Made by a program: the position numbers and the translations under genes. Shown one piece after another: positions 9,130 to 17,958 of a stretch of DNA of 37,399 nt. Within the stretch, counting starts at the first letter, position 1, and every line of letters starts with the position of its first letter. Source of the stretch: an uncultured archaeon (lineage in GTDB: Archaea > Asgardarchaeota > Hermodarchaeia > Hermodarchaeales > Hermodarchaeaceae); NCBI GenBank assembly GCA_964347045.1, contig CAYFXC010000018.1, positions 1 to 37,399 of the forward strand, in the 5' to 3' direction. The notes beneath the pieces are model-generated. The model did not search any database and was not told the DNA's origin. It saw nothing but the letters and a program-made list of their open reading frames with translations.

Positions 9130-9468
9130 GATGTGCACCTCTTAATGGAAAATTTGGAAATCATCGGCTCAATTCGCGATCAACTTCAACGAAAAGTGAA
9201 ACCTCTTTCCCTGTCATTTACGCAAATAGAATCTGTACTATTAAAAACTTCTTTTGCATAGCATTGGTTTGCAGATTATCTTGCAAAATAAAGCGGATTT
9301 TTCATTTTTTCTGCGAATTTTTGCAGTAATAGCTTGCTATTGATTCAAAAAAGAGACTCCCCTAAATGAAAACGCAATCCCCCAGGAATCTTGAGTTTCC
9401 TGGTTTATTGCTTTGTCTGAGAACACAAAATCTTCTGACGTAATTGGTTTCAAGTCAGTGTTAGGGAG

Positions 9469-9969
9469 GTGAAAAAGCTGAAAAAAATCAACTTATCAAA
9501 AGGAATAGCTATTGTTCTAATGGTCTTAACCTTCTTCATAGTCTTTGTTCCACGTGTCCAAGCTAAGCCGCTTCGAAGTGAAATGGAAGTATACTTCAAT
9601 CCAGATTTTGGTGGTCCCGAAAACAACCCCATTTGGATCGGATATATTCATGGTGATCTCGAAGGCACAATGAAGTTTTGGGCTACAGGACCTATCCCGG
9701 AAAAAGATGTAGGCTATAACGCAGAGAATTGGATTAGTGATTGGAACGTACATTTCTTTACGGAGGATTGGGAAATCATCACACCAGAGGGTACAATACG
9801 TGGAATTGACAAAGGTTGCACAGTTGCTTCAAATTGGAAATTCCGGATGAACGGTGAAGTCAGATACGCCGACGGAGCATACGCTCATTTAGTAGGTCAT
9901 CAAGTGCACATGCATGGTCAAATCAATTGGGCTGAATGGAGTGCCATAGGTCCTGTTAATATAAACTAA
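9469..9969 (+). CDS. Secreted or membrane-anchored beta-rich hypothetical protein
   Basis: Basic N-terminus, hydrophobic h-region and VQA|KP cleavage-like site; Trp/Gly/His-rich beta pattern; strong RBS; downstream hairpin plus T-tract. True start may be CTG 9478. Confidence 0.8.
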   Translation: MKKLKKINLSKGIAIVLMVLTFFIVFVPRVQAKPLRSEMEVYFNPDFGGPENNPIWIGYIHGDLEGTMKFWATGPIPEKDVGYNAENWISDWNVHFFTEDWEIITPEGTIRGIDKGCTVASNWKFRMNGEVRYADGAYAHLVGHQVHMHGQINWAEWSAIGPVNIN

Positions 9970-9977
9970 AATTTCGA

Positions 9978-10028
9978 ACAAAGGAGGCTCTTGGGCCAAA
10001 CTAGGAGTTCTCCTTGTCTTACTTTTTT
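9978..10028 (+). terminator. Hairpin plus T-tract terminator
   Basis: ACAAAGGAGGCTCTTGG can pair (with G-U) with CTAGGAGTTCTCCTTGT, followed by CTTACTTTTTT just after the stop. Confidence 0.55.
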
Positions 10029-10106
10029 CATATAAAGTAGGAAGAATAAACTTGACTCAAACTAAAAGAATTCTTACTTAACCATAATTTCTTGAAATGG
10101 TGAGAG

Positions 10107-10123
10107 CGAACCCTTTAAGGTTC
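10107..10123 (+). promoter_or_regulatory. BRE/TATA-like promoter of the radical SAM gene, within an imperfect palindrome
   Basis: CGAACCC-TTTAAG about 40 nt upstream of ATG 10158; GAACC...GGTTC arms flank the TATA-like box. Confidence 0.4.
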
Positions 10124-10157
10124 AACCATTAACGGTTATATCTAATCGGCGAGAATA

Positions 10158-11300
10158 ATGTCAAAAATAACAAAACGAGACATTCTAAGACTAAAGGTAG
10201 CGATGCTAACTCGGGGTGTCCAATTTGTATCCGATGAACCAAGTGGTCGCACTGGGGGTGCTGGACCTACACTCGGTCGGTATTTTCTCCTAAACAACGA
10301 TGTTGTAGTAAATGCTCCTGTGCGCACAAAAAAACAAGCTAGAAAGTTTCATGCTATGAAGCTTGAACCTGTCAAAGAAAATGAATTTCATATCAGCTTC
10401 GAAGGCAAAGAATTTCCAGTCACTCTCGTGAAACCACCCCATTATTATCAGATGGAATTAGCTGATGGCACACCCATGACCCACATAGCGTTGGTGCATG
10501 GAACAGATTGCCTCGCAACAACCATTGTGCAACATTGCGACTATTTCGATCTGGGCTTAGAATGCCAATATTGTAGTCTTCCTGTTAGTCTAGTACATGG
10601 AAATACCATTCTCCGTAAATCTCCTAAGCAATTTATGGAAGTTCTGCAAGCGGCTCAGAAGGAAAGCTGTGCTAGCCACTTAACGTTAACGATGGGAAGC
10701 CCTGATCGGCCAGATCGCGGTGCCCAAGATTATGTTGACTTTGTATCTACCATCCGTCAAGAAAGTGCTGTGCCAATCCATGTTCAATTGGAACCCCCGG
10801 AATCAGTAGAACAATTATGGGCACTAAAAGCTGCGGGTGTCGATACAATCGGAATCCATTTGGAAATATACGATGATGCCCTTCGCAACAAATACTGTCC
10901 GGGAAAATCCGCTCATGCTAGTTTCTTTGACTACTACAATACATGGAAGAATGCGGTCCGAATATTTGGGAAAGGGCAAGTTAGTTCCTTCATCCTCCTA
11001 GGTCTGGGTGAAACTCCTGAACAACTTCATCAAGGATTTAAAACCACTATCGAAATTGGGGTCATTCCTGTTCCAGTGCCTTGTCGTCCCAATCCCGGAT
11101 CACACTTAGAGGGTCACATCCCCAACTATATTCGAAACCTGGATCAAGTTGTTGACATCTATCTTGATTGTGCCAATCTCCTCTATGACCATGAACTAGA
11201 CCCAACAATGCATCGTGCCGGATGTATTCGTTGTACAGGATGCACTGCACTCACAGAAGCGTATCAAGTCATCGCCGCTAACCGTAAAGGCAAGCATTGA
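10158..11300 (+). CDS. Radical SAM protein, MSMEG_0568/NitD-like
   Basis: Extended cluster motif CDYFDLGLECQYC (CX8CX2C) after ALVHGTDCLATTIVQ; N-terminal GRTGGAGP; IHVQLEPP, GVDTIGIHLE, FGKGQVSSFILLGLGE; C-terminal AGCIRCTGC. Confidence 0.88.
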   Translation: MSKITKRDILRLKVAMLTRGVQFVSDEPSGRTGGAGPTLGRYFLLNNDVVVNAPVRTKKQARKFHAMKLEPVKENEFHISFEGKEFPVTLVKPPHYYQMELADGTPMTHIALVHGTDCLATTIVQHCDYFDLGLECQYCSLPVSLVHGNTILRKSPKQFMEVLQAAQKESCASHLTLTMGSPDRPDRGAQDYVDFVSTIRQESAVPIHVQLEPPESVEQLWALKAAGVDTIGIHLEIYDDALRNKYCPGKSAHASFFDYYNTWKNAVRIFGKGQVSSFILLGLGETPEQLHQGFKTTIEIGVIPVPVPCRPNPGSHLEGHIPNYIRNLDQVVDIYLDCANLLYDHELDPTMHRAGCIRCTGCTALTEAYQVIAANRKGKH

Positions 11301-11328
11301 AAAATCCTAATTGTAACTGTTCCTTGTT

Positions 11329-11838
11329 ATGTCCTTGCCACCATCAACCACTTACTTTCCGCCCGAAGATGAAAATCTCCACATCATTGAGCTCACCAAA
11401 AGGGATGCCCCTGAAATCGCACAACTCATGGCACTCGTCTGGCTCAACGCCACCCATATTCCAGAAGAATGGCGACAGAAACGAGTTCTAACATCTGAAC
11501 AAATCATCAAAGAGATGGAAACAGACTATCATTATTTTGGTGCCCGTATCGACGAACGAATAGCTGGCTTCTATAAGACTATTGTCAAATCTGATGGAGT
11601 ACTCGGAGAACATCAAACGGTCCACCCCGAATTCCGCCATAGAGGACTTGTCCGGGCAATGTATCGCCAATTCATAGCCTATGCCCAGCAACTTAATGCG
11701 CCCGCCAATCTCTGCAACATCCTCTCTAATCATGAGAACATGCGAAAACTTGTGGAAAGTTTCGGTTTTCAACCAGTTGGCGAACCGTATGAACAGGCAC
11801 CAGGAATGCTTGTGCAGCTTTATAGGCGACCCCGCTAG
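11329..11838 (+). CDS. GNAT-family acetyltransferase
   Basis: Motif A VHPEFRHRGLVRAM and motif B NENMRKLVESFGF-like segment (NHENMRKLVESFGF). Confidence 0.85.
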   Translation: MSLPPSTTYFPPEDENLHIIELTKRDAPEIAQLMALVWLNATHIPEEWRQKRVLTSEQIIKEMETDYHYFGARIDERIAGFYKTIVKSDGVLGEHQTVHPEFRHRGLVRAMYRQFIAYAQQLNAPANLCNILSNHENMRKLVESFGFQPVGEPYEQAPGMLVQLYRRPR

Positions 11839-11931
11839 AGCACCAACTCTCTCCTAAGAATTATTCCAACTTCATTACACAAAGAGTCAATCAAATCATT
11901 TTATCGCAGGATCCGTTCTTTTTTACAATGG

Positions 11932-11958
11932 TGAAGGGCGGTTCTCAGCCGCCCTTCA
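11932..11958. terminator. GC-rich hairpin between convergent GNAT and dppB genes
   Basis: TGAAGGGCGG-N7-CCGCCCTTCA perfect 10-bp inverted repeat, 30 nt past the dppB stop; no adjacent U-tract on the minus strand. Confidence 0.5.
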
Positions 11959-11987
11959 GGTGTTGGTTCGCATTGGAGGGTTACTTC

Positions 11988-12974
11988 CTAGTCATAGCGG
12001 ACGCGAGGATCAAGGAAGCCGTAGAGGATATCAGCGATGAAGTTTGCGATGATTACCGTAAGTGCCATGATGTAAAAGATCGCTTGCAGAACCGGGTAGT
12101 TTTGCGCCATCACGGATTCGAAAATCAGGCGTCCGATGCCATACCAATTGAACACCGTTTCGGTTAAGGTGGCCCCGGTGATGAGGAAGCCGAAGGTCAA
12201 GGCAATCATCGTCACCAACGGGAGAATCGCATTCCGCAACGCGTGCTTGTATAGTACAGTGCGTTCGTCAACGCCCTTAGCGCGAGCGGTTACAATGTAG
12301 TCTTCGGTGAGGACATCAATGAGGGTGTTCCGCATTACAAGCATATATCCACCATATGATACAAGCGCGAGGGTAATGGCGGGTAGGAATAGATGCCATG
12401 CCACATCCAACGCATAGGCTAGTGGATCAGGTGCTGGGGGTACACTGACAGTACCACCCATGGGGAAGATGGGAAGATAGAACCCAAATAGGAGGATGAA
12501 CATCATCCCTAACCAGAAGGTAGGGACAGAATAAAGCACAAGGGCTGTGGTAACAATGCCCATATCGAAAGCGCCTCCACGTTTAGACGCCGCAGTGATA
12601 CCGGTAGCAACACCAATGGCAATAGTGATTATGGCAGCGGTACCCATAAGGAGCAGTGTGTTGGGGAGTCGGGCTGCAATAGCCTCAATGACCGGACGAT
12701 TTCCTTGTGCGAATGAAATGCCAAAGTTGAAGGAAAACATATTCACAATGTATTGACCAAATTGGATGTGGAGCGGTTGGTCTAGGCCCCACATGGCTCG
12801 GAGTGCATCAGCGAGGGCTTGTTGGTCGACGCCAATCTGTGGACTGATTAGAATTGAGACGGGATCTCCTGGCATAAGTCGAAAAACAAAGAAGTTGAAA
12901 ATAATTGCACCAAGGATGAGGATGAAGCTGTTAACTACGCGTCTGATGACAAACTCTCGCATTCCCATTTTCAT
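11988..12974 (-). CDS. dppB: Peptide/nickel ABC transporter permease (DppB/OppB)
   Basis: RLMPGDP, WGLDQPLHIQF, RLPNTLLL, HLFLPAITL, EAA loop EDYIVTARAKG, HALRNA, TETVFNWYGIG, DPRVRY; start among ATG 12974/12968/12962. Confidence 0.95.
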   Translation of the reverse strand: MKMGMREFVIRRVVNSFILILGAIIFNFFVFRLMPGDPVSILISPQIGVDQQALADALRAMWGLDQPLHIQFGQYIVNMFSFNFGISFAQGNRPVIEAIAARLPNTLLLMGTAAIITIAIGVATGITAASKRGGAFDMGIVTTALVLYSVPTFWLGMMFILLFGFYLPIFPMGGTVSVPPAPDPLAYALDVAWHLFLPAITLALVSYGGYMLVMRNTLIDVLTEDYIVTARAKGVDERTVLYKHALRNAILPLVTMIALTFGFLITGATLTETVFNWYGIGRLIFESVMAQNYPVLQAIFYIMALTVIIANFIADILYGFLDPRVRYD

Positions 12975-13173
12975 CACATCAGGATTTTCTTGAACTGGGA
13001 TCTGATGGTAGCTTATCAAACAGTGTTATTCTTTGCACAGGGTGCCACATAATACTACAGATTTGAACGAGATGCAGTCCTGTGTTCAACCCTTTAGAAC
13101 AGAGTCTGAGAAAATATTCATGTGTTTTTATAATTAGGTGGGCTTAAATTTGTCTAGAAACAATTGGTAAAAA

Positions 13174-13189
13174 CGAAAACGCTTATATA
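13174..13189 (+). promoter_or_regulatory. Archaeal BRE + TATA promoter
   Basis: CGAAAACGC-TTATATA ending 31 nt before ATG 13221. Confidence 0.65.
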
Positions 13190-13220
13190 CTTCTTTACAT
13201 AAAAAATTAACTGAGTTAAG

Positions 13221-13463
13221 ATGTTGTCGAATACTGAAGCCCTTCAACACAATACCCGAAGGAGAATCATGCATAAGCTATCCAAAGATAAAGCTTTCCT
13301 TCGTGAAATCGCGAAGGATTTAAACATTCCAACCTCCACTGCCGCTTATCACCTAAAACGCCTCACCCAAATTGGTCTTATCAATGAACGAAGAGGCGTC
13401 TATCACGTTTGGTTCGATTTAACAGACAAAGGTCGACAGCTGCTGAATAGTGAAGCAGCATAA
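13221..13463 (+). CDS. ArsR-like winged-helix transcriptional regulator
   Basis: ALQHNTRRRIMHKL...LREIAKDLNIPTSTAAYHLKRLTQIGLI...FDLTDKG. Confidence 0.88.
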   Translation: MLSNTEALQHNTRRRIMHKLSKDKAFLREIAKDLNIPTSTAAYHLKRLTQIGLINERRGVYHVWFDLTDKGRQLLNSEAA

Positions 13464-13535
13464 CCTGGGCTGGATGGCATTGCATGATCCTCCGCCCACC
13501 ACTTTTTCTATAATTCTTTTTATGATAAAGCAAGA

Positions 13536-14180
13536 CTATTTTTCATCGTTCTTAGCGTCTTGTGAGCAGGATTCCGCTAGTTGAAGTAAGGCGATTTTGG
13601 CTTCATGGACAACAACTTCGTCTGAATCAGTTTCAGCGACTTTTTTGAGAGGCGCACAGGCACGTGAGTCGCCAAGAAAACTTAACCCCACAATGGCACC
13701 AGTACGAATTATGGGATTTTTCGCATCAAGTTCTTGTTCTAATAAGTTATACACTTCTGATCCTCCAAGATGGCCAAGAGCTCGAAGGATTTGATCTTGA
13801 ACCTGAATTGTTTCTTTCTTATAGCGGCAGAGAAGATCGGGTGTGACTCGGGAATCTCGGAGGTACGCGAGGGCACTAATAGCTTGAAACCGTACGGCTT
13901 CTATTTCATCATCAAGTAGGGGAAGTAGAAACTTACTATCCTCATTAGTGCCAATAAAACCGATGGCAACTGCAGCTTCGAGTCGGGTTATAAAATCTGG
14001 ATCAAAAAGAGCTATTCTGAGCTGGGGTAAGGCTGGAGCAGCTTGAGGTCCTAGTTGTCCAAGACGTCGAATTGCATTTCGACGAATTTCCTCGTCCTCA
14101 CTAGACATTGCTTGGATATACTTCTGAATCAAGCTCTTATCGTCAGGGATTTCTGGATTGGAATGCTTCGAGGGCGACAA
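13536..14180 (-). CDS. HEAT-repeat (PBS-lyase-like) protein
   Basis: About five ~31-aa repeats of L..LL.D....VR..A..ALG (IRRNAIRRLG, TRLEAAVAIG, VRFQAISALA, VQDQILRALG, IRTGAIVGLS). Confidence 0.9.
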   Translation of the reverse strand: MSPSKHSNPEIPDDKSLIQKYIQAMSSEDEEIRRNAIRRLGQLGPQAAPALPQLRIALFDPDFITRLEAAVAIGFIGTNEDSKFLLPLLDDEIEAVRFQAISALAYLRDSRVTPDLLCRYKKETIQVQDQILRALGHLGGSEVYNLLEQELDAKNPIIRTGAIVGLSFLGDSRACAPLKKVAETDSDEVVVHEAKIALLQLAESCSQDAKNDEK

Positions 14181-14262
14181 GCTGAGAACCTCGCAAGGTC
14201 ACAGGATTTTAATTATTTTTGTCTTCCGATAATAGAAAAAAATAACTTCCAGTTTCCAGTTG

Positions 14263-14769
14263 CTAATATCGTTTCTTCTTTTTCTTCCGTCTCGGCTGTT
14301 TACGCTTAACATGTTTACGTTTAGGAAGTTCCTCGGTGGGAATACGTTCAGGTCCCGGTGGGAGTCCTAGGTCGTCAGGTTGAGGGTAAATAATTTCAGC
14401 AAATAGAGCTCCAAGTTGTCCCCCAACCCCGGTAATTACACCACCAATTAAACAAACAAAGACTTGGGGTGCGGGAATCGCTTGACTTACCAAAATCCAG
14501 GCATTGATAAATGCGTTGGTGAAGTTGAGTGCCATTAATCCGATTAGGGTGAGCCAAGCGAGGAATCCTGCAAGGAAGGTTATAAAGATGGCTCTAAATG
14601 TATTTTTCATGAGAAAACCCGCCAGGATTCCTGCAATCACGATGAGTAAACCTTGACCAGTAAGCTGTATGAGCAGGGTGAAGAAGAAACAAATCACAAA
14701 GCCTACCAATATGTTGTGTCTTTTCCTGAAGAATGCAAAGAGGGCTTCGCGGCTAAAATCTCCTGACAC
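14263..14769 (-). CDS. Small membrane protein (about 4 TM) with polybasic C-terminal tail
   Basis: Gly-rich hydrophobic helices, Pro-rich spacer, then KRKHVKRKQPRRKKKKKRY; starts 4 bp after the acylase stop. Confidence 0.8.
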   Translation of the reverse strand: MSGDFSREALFAFFRKRHNILVGFVICFFFTLLIQLTGQGLLIVIAGILAGFLMKNTFRAIFITFLAGFLAWLTLIGLMALNFTNAFINAWILVSQAIPAPQVFVCLIGGVITGVGGQLGALFAEIIYPQPDDLGLPPGPERIPTEELPKRKHVKRKQPRRKKKKKRY

Positions 14770-14773
14770 CTAA

Positions 14774-17194
14774 TCACCCCGGTAAGAGATGGACAAGTGA
14801 GATAAATTCGGTTATTTCTCCAAGCCCTGATGGATATGGTAATACATGATATTCACCTAATACCCACAAAGCTAGTTGGTCTAGGTAATTTCGAGCATAG
14901 CCATTTGCTCGCTGTCCTCCTGGAAGAACACCTACGCTATTATCAAAATCACCAACATCAATGATTAGTCGATAGCTTGCACCAAATGCGACCAAAAATC
15001 CCGGGGCATAGTTGATTGTATATTCACTACCATTTACCGGGAACCTAGGGGCATTGAGGTAAGGGAATGTTTCAGACATTGAATGTTGAACCCACACAAT
15101 ATGGATGCGGCTATATTGCCACAAAGCAGTGTCTGGTCCTAGATTCAGTGTAAGGAATTCAACTGTATCTGCAAAGCTGGCGAGGATGATATCATCACGA
15201 GTTTGGTTCCCTGGTTGAGTTATATCATTAAACCAGCGACCGTAGTTCATTGTTGTGAAATTATCAAGAACGGAGACGGAAGGATAGGGTCCATCGGGAA
15301 TGCCTGCCACAGAGTATTCATCGTAAAAAGTGGCATTCATAAAATTCTGTGAAAAGCTGGACCAGATGGTCGCGGCAACACTATCAGTGTGCATCACCCC
15401 ATCCCAATCTTGAATAGCTGTAGCTGCGGCAAACATGATGGGCTCTTCGATTTCGGAAACTTCCGCGAGCACCACAGTGGCAACAATATCTTTGATAGTG
15501 AGAGCGTGAAGAGATAATACATCTTGTTGGATGGCTCCCATATCCTCAAGCGTATGACTTGTTGAAGTGTTCAACAATTCAACAATCCGGTTGGCCCGAT
15601 AGGGAGCTGCGAAATCATAACCTAGATAATAGGGATAACTAGCGTTGACTGGTCGATTATTTGCCGTAACCAGGAATCCGGAGGATGGATTCAAGCTTTG
15701 AGGTAATTGATTGAAAGGAATAAAACCCAACCAACTAGTATTGCTAGCTGAACCATTGAGTGGAGTCGGACCTAGCCCTGGTCCTCGGATTGGTTGTGCC
15801 GCTGCAGCATGATAAGCTATATTGCCCGTTGTATCAGCGTACAAGAAGTTGAGGTTAGGGGATTCAATCTGTTGGATGGCTGAGAGGAAGCTAGCATAGT
15901 CAGTAGCAAGTCCTAGTTCGTAAAGGGCTTCAATGGTTTTAGATCCATTTGCGCCTGTCCATTTGAAAGCAAACTGTCCTGTTGCCTCAGTGAATAAAGG
16001 TCCATGAACCGTGTAGTTGAGCGTAACTTCTACCTGTGCAAATCCTCCCTCAAGGCGCACCCAGATAGTCGTGTTTCTTTGTTCAATGGTTTCCCAACTA
16101 CCATTCCACCAATATTGGTTGGCATTACTTGGGTTCCAAAGGTAGTAGTAAAAATCACTTATATCGGAAAGCATTCCAGTCCACCCCCAAGCAATTTCCG
16201 AATTATGACCCTGGTAGACAAATGGAATACCAATGTAGGTGATCCCTTGGACATTATGTCCTGGCGCCACAAGCTGAATCTCATACCAAATCGACGGAAG
16301 CGTCATTGAAAGATGAGGGTCACTGGCCAACATGGGTGACCCGGTCGATGTATGTGAACCATCAATGACCCAACTATTGCTTCCTCCCATTGATAGTGGA
16401 ACTGGATTCTGTTTTTGAATATTTTCAAGTCGACGTGCGAGGGATTCTGCTGCTGATTGAAGGTGTTCAGGAAGGGTAAGGGATGGCACAATGAATTCAT
16501 CGTTGGACTGTACTTCTGGGAATAGGTCTGTGAAAACCAAGTCGGGCCCATATGTTTCAATTAGATTTGCCATTCTAAGATCTTGAAAAGCGTTGTTTGC
16601 TGATAGTTGCCATGCTAGGTATCGCTCAATACTTAGCGTATCGGTTTCATTCCACGGTTCAGGAAAATAGCCCAGAACCCGAATCTCTAAGGGGATATTT
16701 GTTCCAATATTCTCCATATATCGGTTGATTCCGATAGTATAACTTCTGATTAATCCAAGAACTGTAGGATCAAGAAGCGAAAGGGACGCATTCGCAGCGC
16801 CAAGGAAACCAAGCTGTCGATAGTATTGATCTAGATCAATATAGTCTGGTCCAAAAAGTTCAGACAGTCTTCCTTGTGCAATTCGTCGGTATAAATCCAA
16901 TTGAAACAAACGATCTTGAGCATGTACATAGCCACTTGCAAGATACAAGTCATTTGGGTCACTGGCAAAAATTTTAGGAACACCCCAGATATCCCGGACT
17001 ATATGCACTTCACCATTCAATCCTTCGATTTCTTCGCTAGAATAGGGGGGAAGGTTCGCCCAGGGAATATCGGCCCACAAACCTCCGTTGGGTTGAAGCC
17101 ACGGAATTACGCTTACCATCATGCCTAATATTAACGAACAGATGAGGATGGTAATGATTGTTTTACAGGTGAACACTTTCCGTTGGCCTGACAC
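14774..17194 (-). CDS. Penicillin acylase family Ntn-hydrolase (peptidase S45), N-terminally anchored or secreted
   Basis: VRDIWGVP, GYVHAQDRLFQLD, GRLSELFG, nucleophile motif GSNSWV, LASDPHL, PSIWYE, TVHGP, YADTTGNI, TANN, PGGQ. Confidence 0.94.
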   Translation of the reverse strand: MSGQRKVFTCKTIITILICSLILGMMVSVIPWLQPNGGLWADIPWANLPPYSSEEIEGLNGEVHIVRDIWGVPKIFASDPNDLYLASGYVHAQDRLFQLDLYRRIAQGRLSELFGPDYIDLDQYYRQLGFLGAANASLSLLDPTVLGLIRSYTIGINRYMENIGTNIPLEIRVLGYFPEPWNETDTLSIERYLAWQLSANNAFQDLRMANLIETYGPDLVFTDLFPEVQSNDEFIVPSLTLPEHLQSAAESLARRLENIQKQNPVPLSMGGSNSWVIDGSHTSTGSPMLASDPHLSMTLPSIWYEIQLVAPGHNVQGITYIGIPFVYQGHNSEIAWGWTGMLSDISDFYYYLWNPSNANQYWWNGSWETIEQRNTTIWVRLEGGFAQVEVTLNYTVHGPLFTEATGQFAFKWTGANGSKTIEALYELGLATDYASFLSAIQQIESPNLNFLYADTTGNIAYHAAAAQPIRGPGLGPTPLNGSASNTSWLGFIPFNQLPQSLNPSSGFLVTANNRPVNASYPYYLGYDFAAPYRANRIVELLNTSTSHTLEDMGAIQQDVLSLHALTIKDIVATVVLAEVSEIEEPIMFAAATAIQDWDGVMHTDSVAATIWSSFSQNFMNATFYDEYSVAGIPDGPYPSVSVLDNFTTMNYGRWFNDITQPGNQTRDDIILASFADTVEFLTLNLGPDTALWQYSRIHIVWVQHSMSETFPYLNAPRFPVNGSEYTINYAPGFLVAFGASYRLIIDVGDFDNSVGVLPGGQRANGYARNYLDQLALWVLGEYHVLPYPSGLGEITEFISLVHLLPG

Positions 17195-17357
17195 ATAAAA
17201 GCCCCCAAAGGCAGCTCAGTTCAGCATGAATTTGAACGCTGAGGCGAACACCCTTTGCCTTGTGTCTTATAAAATGCGTGGTTCCTGAAATATCCTTAGA
17301 AATCAATATTGATGATTGTGACTCTGAAATCCTATCTTCCTATTTCATCGGTTTCTC

Positions 17358-17942
17358 TTAGGAGTCTTTTTGGGTTTCATTTTTCTTCTTTTGTCGACGT
17401 AAGCGGCGTTTCCCACGTTCATAGGTTTCCTCGAGGACACGTCGAACCGATCGGCGTTTCCGCTCTTTCATAGGAACTTCGAGATGAACTACACCCTCTT
17501 CCCCTTCTACTGAGGAAATGATGTGTCCCGTAGCGTATTCAGGAAGTGGGCTGAACTTATAGGCATATCGAAGCACACCGGTACGTCCAGCATCACCAAT
17601 TCGTCGGAACACAACCTGGACGCTCATACCGATTTTTAAATCTTCATTATTCACATCCACAATTTGGGAAAGCACCAAGGGACCTTCATCTAAGCGTACA
17701 AGGGCAAGAACATAAGGTGCAAGATCTTTGAACCCAGCAGGAGGATCATGGATAATGGTATAAGAGTAAATTTTTCCGAGTCCTGAGAGCTGATAATCAG
17801 TGAAGTCGGTTTTCCTTCGACATTTCGGACAGAGAGGAATCGGGGGGAAATATTTGGTCCCACAGGTCCGGCAATGTCGCCCCACTAGATTATAGACACT
17901 TTTAATTCGTCGCCATAACATTGGAACACTTTGATCTGACAT
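17358..17942 (-). CDS. DUF35 (Zn-ribbon + OB-fold) scaffold of the thiolase/HMG-CoA synthase complex, with C-terminal basic extension
   Basis: CRTCG...CPKC, GKIYSYT, PYVLALVRLDEG, IGMSVQVVFRR, YAYKF; third gene of the operon; AAGGTGA RBS. Confidence 0.93.
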   Translation of the reverse strand: MSDQSVPMLWRRIKSVYNLVGRHCRTCGTKYFPPIPLCPKCRRKTDFTDYQLSGLGKIYSYTIIHDPPAGFKDLAPYVLALVRLDEGPLVLSQIVDVNNEDLKIGMSVQVVFRRIGDAGRTGVLRYAYKFSPLPEYATGHIISSVEGEEGVVHLEVPMKERKRRSVRRVLEETYERGKRRLRRQKKKNETQKDS

Positions 17943-17958
17943 AATTTCTCACCTTGAT

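Noticed and set aside
11297-11491. Cys-rich small ORF (MKNPNCNCSLLCPCHH...) overlapping the radical SAM stop; possible RiPP precursor
   Set aside because: Mostly overlaps the GNAT gene in another frame, has a TTG start without RBS, and the radical SAM is not SPASM/RRE type.
17206-17257. Possible structured leader or riboswitch upstream of the acylase (CTCAG-TTCA...TGAA-CG-CTGAG)
   Set aside because: Short imperfect stems, no known aptamer motif, and part lies upstream of the start implied by the TATA at 17267-17274.
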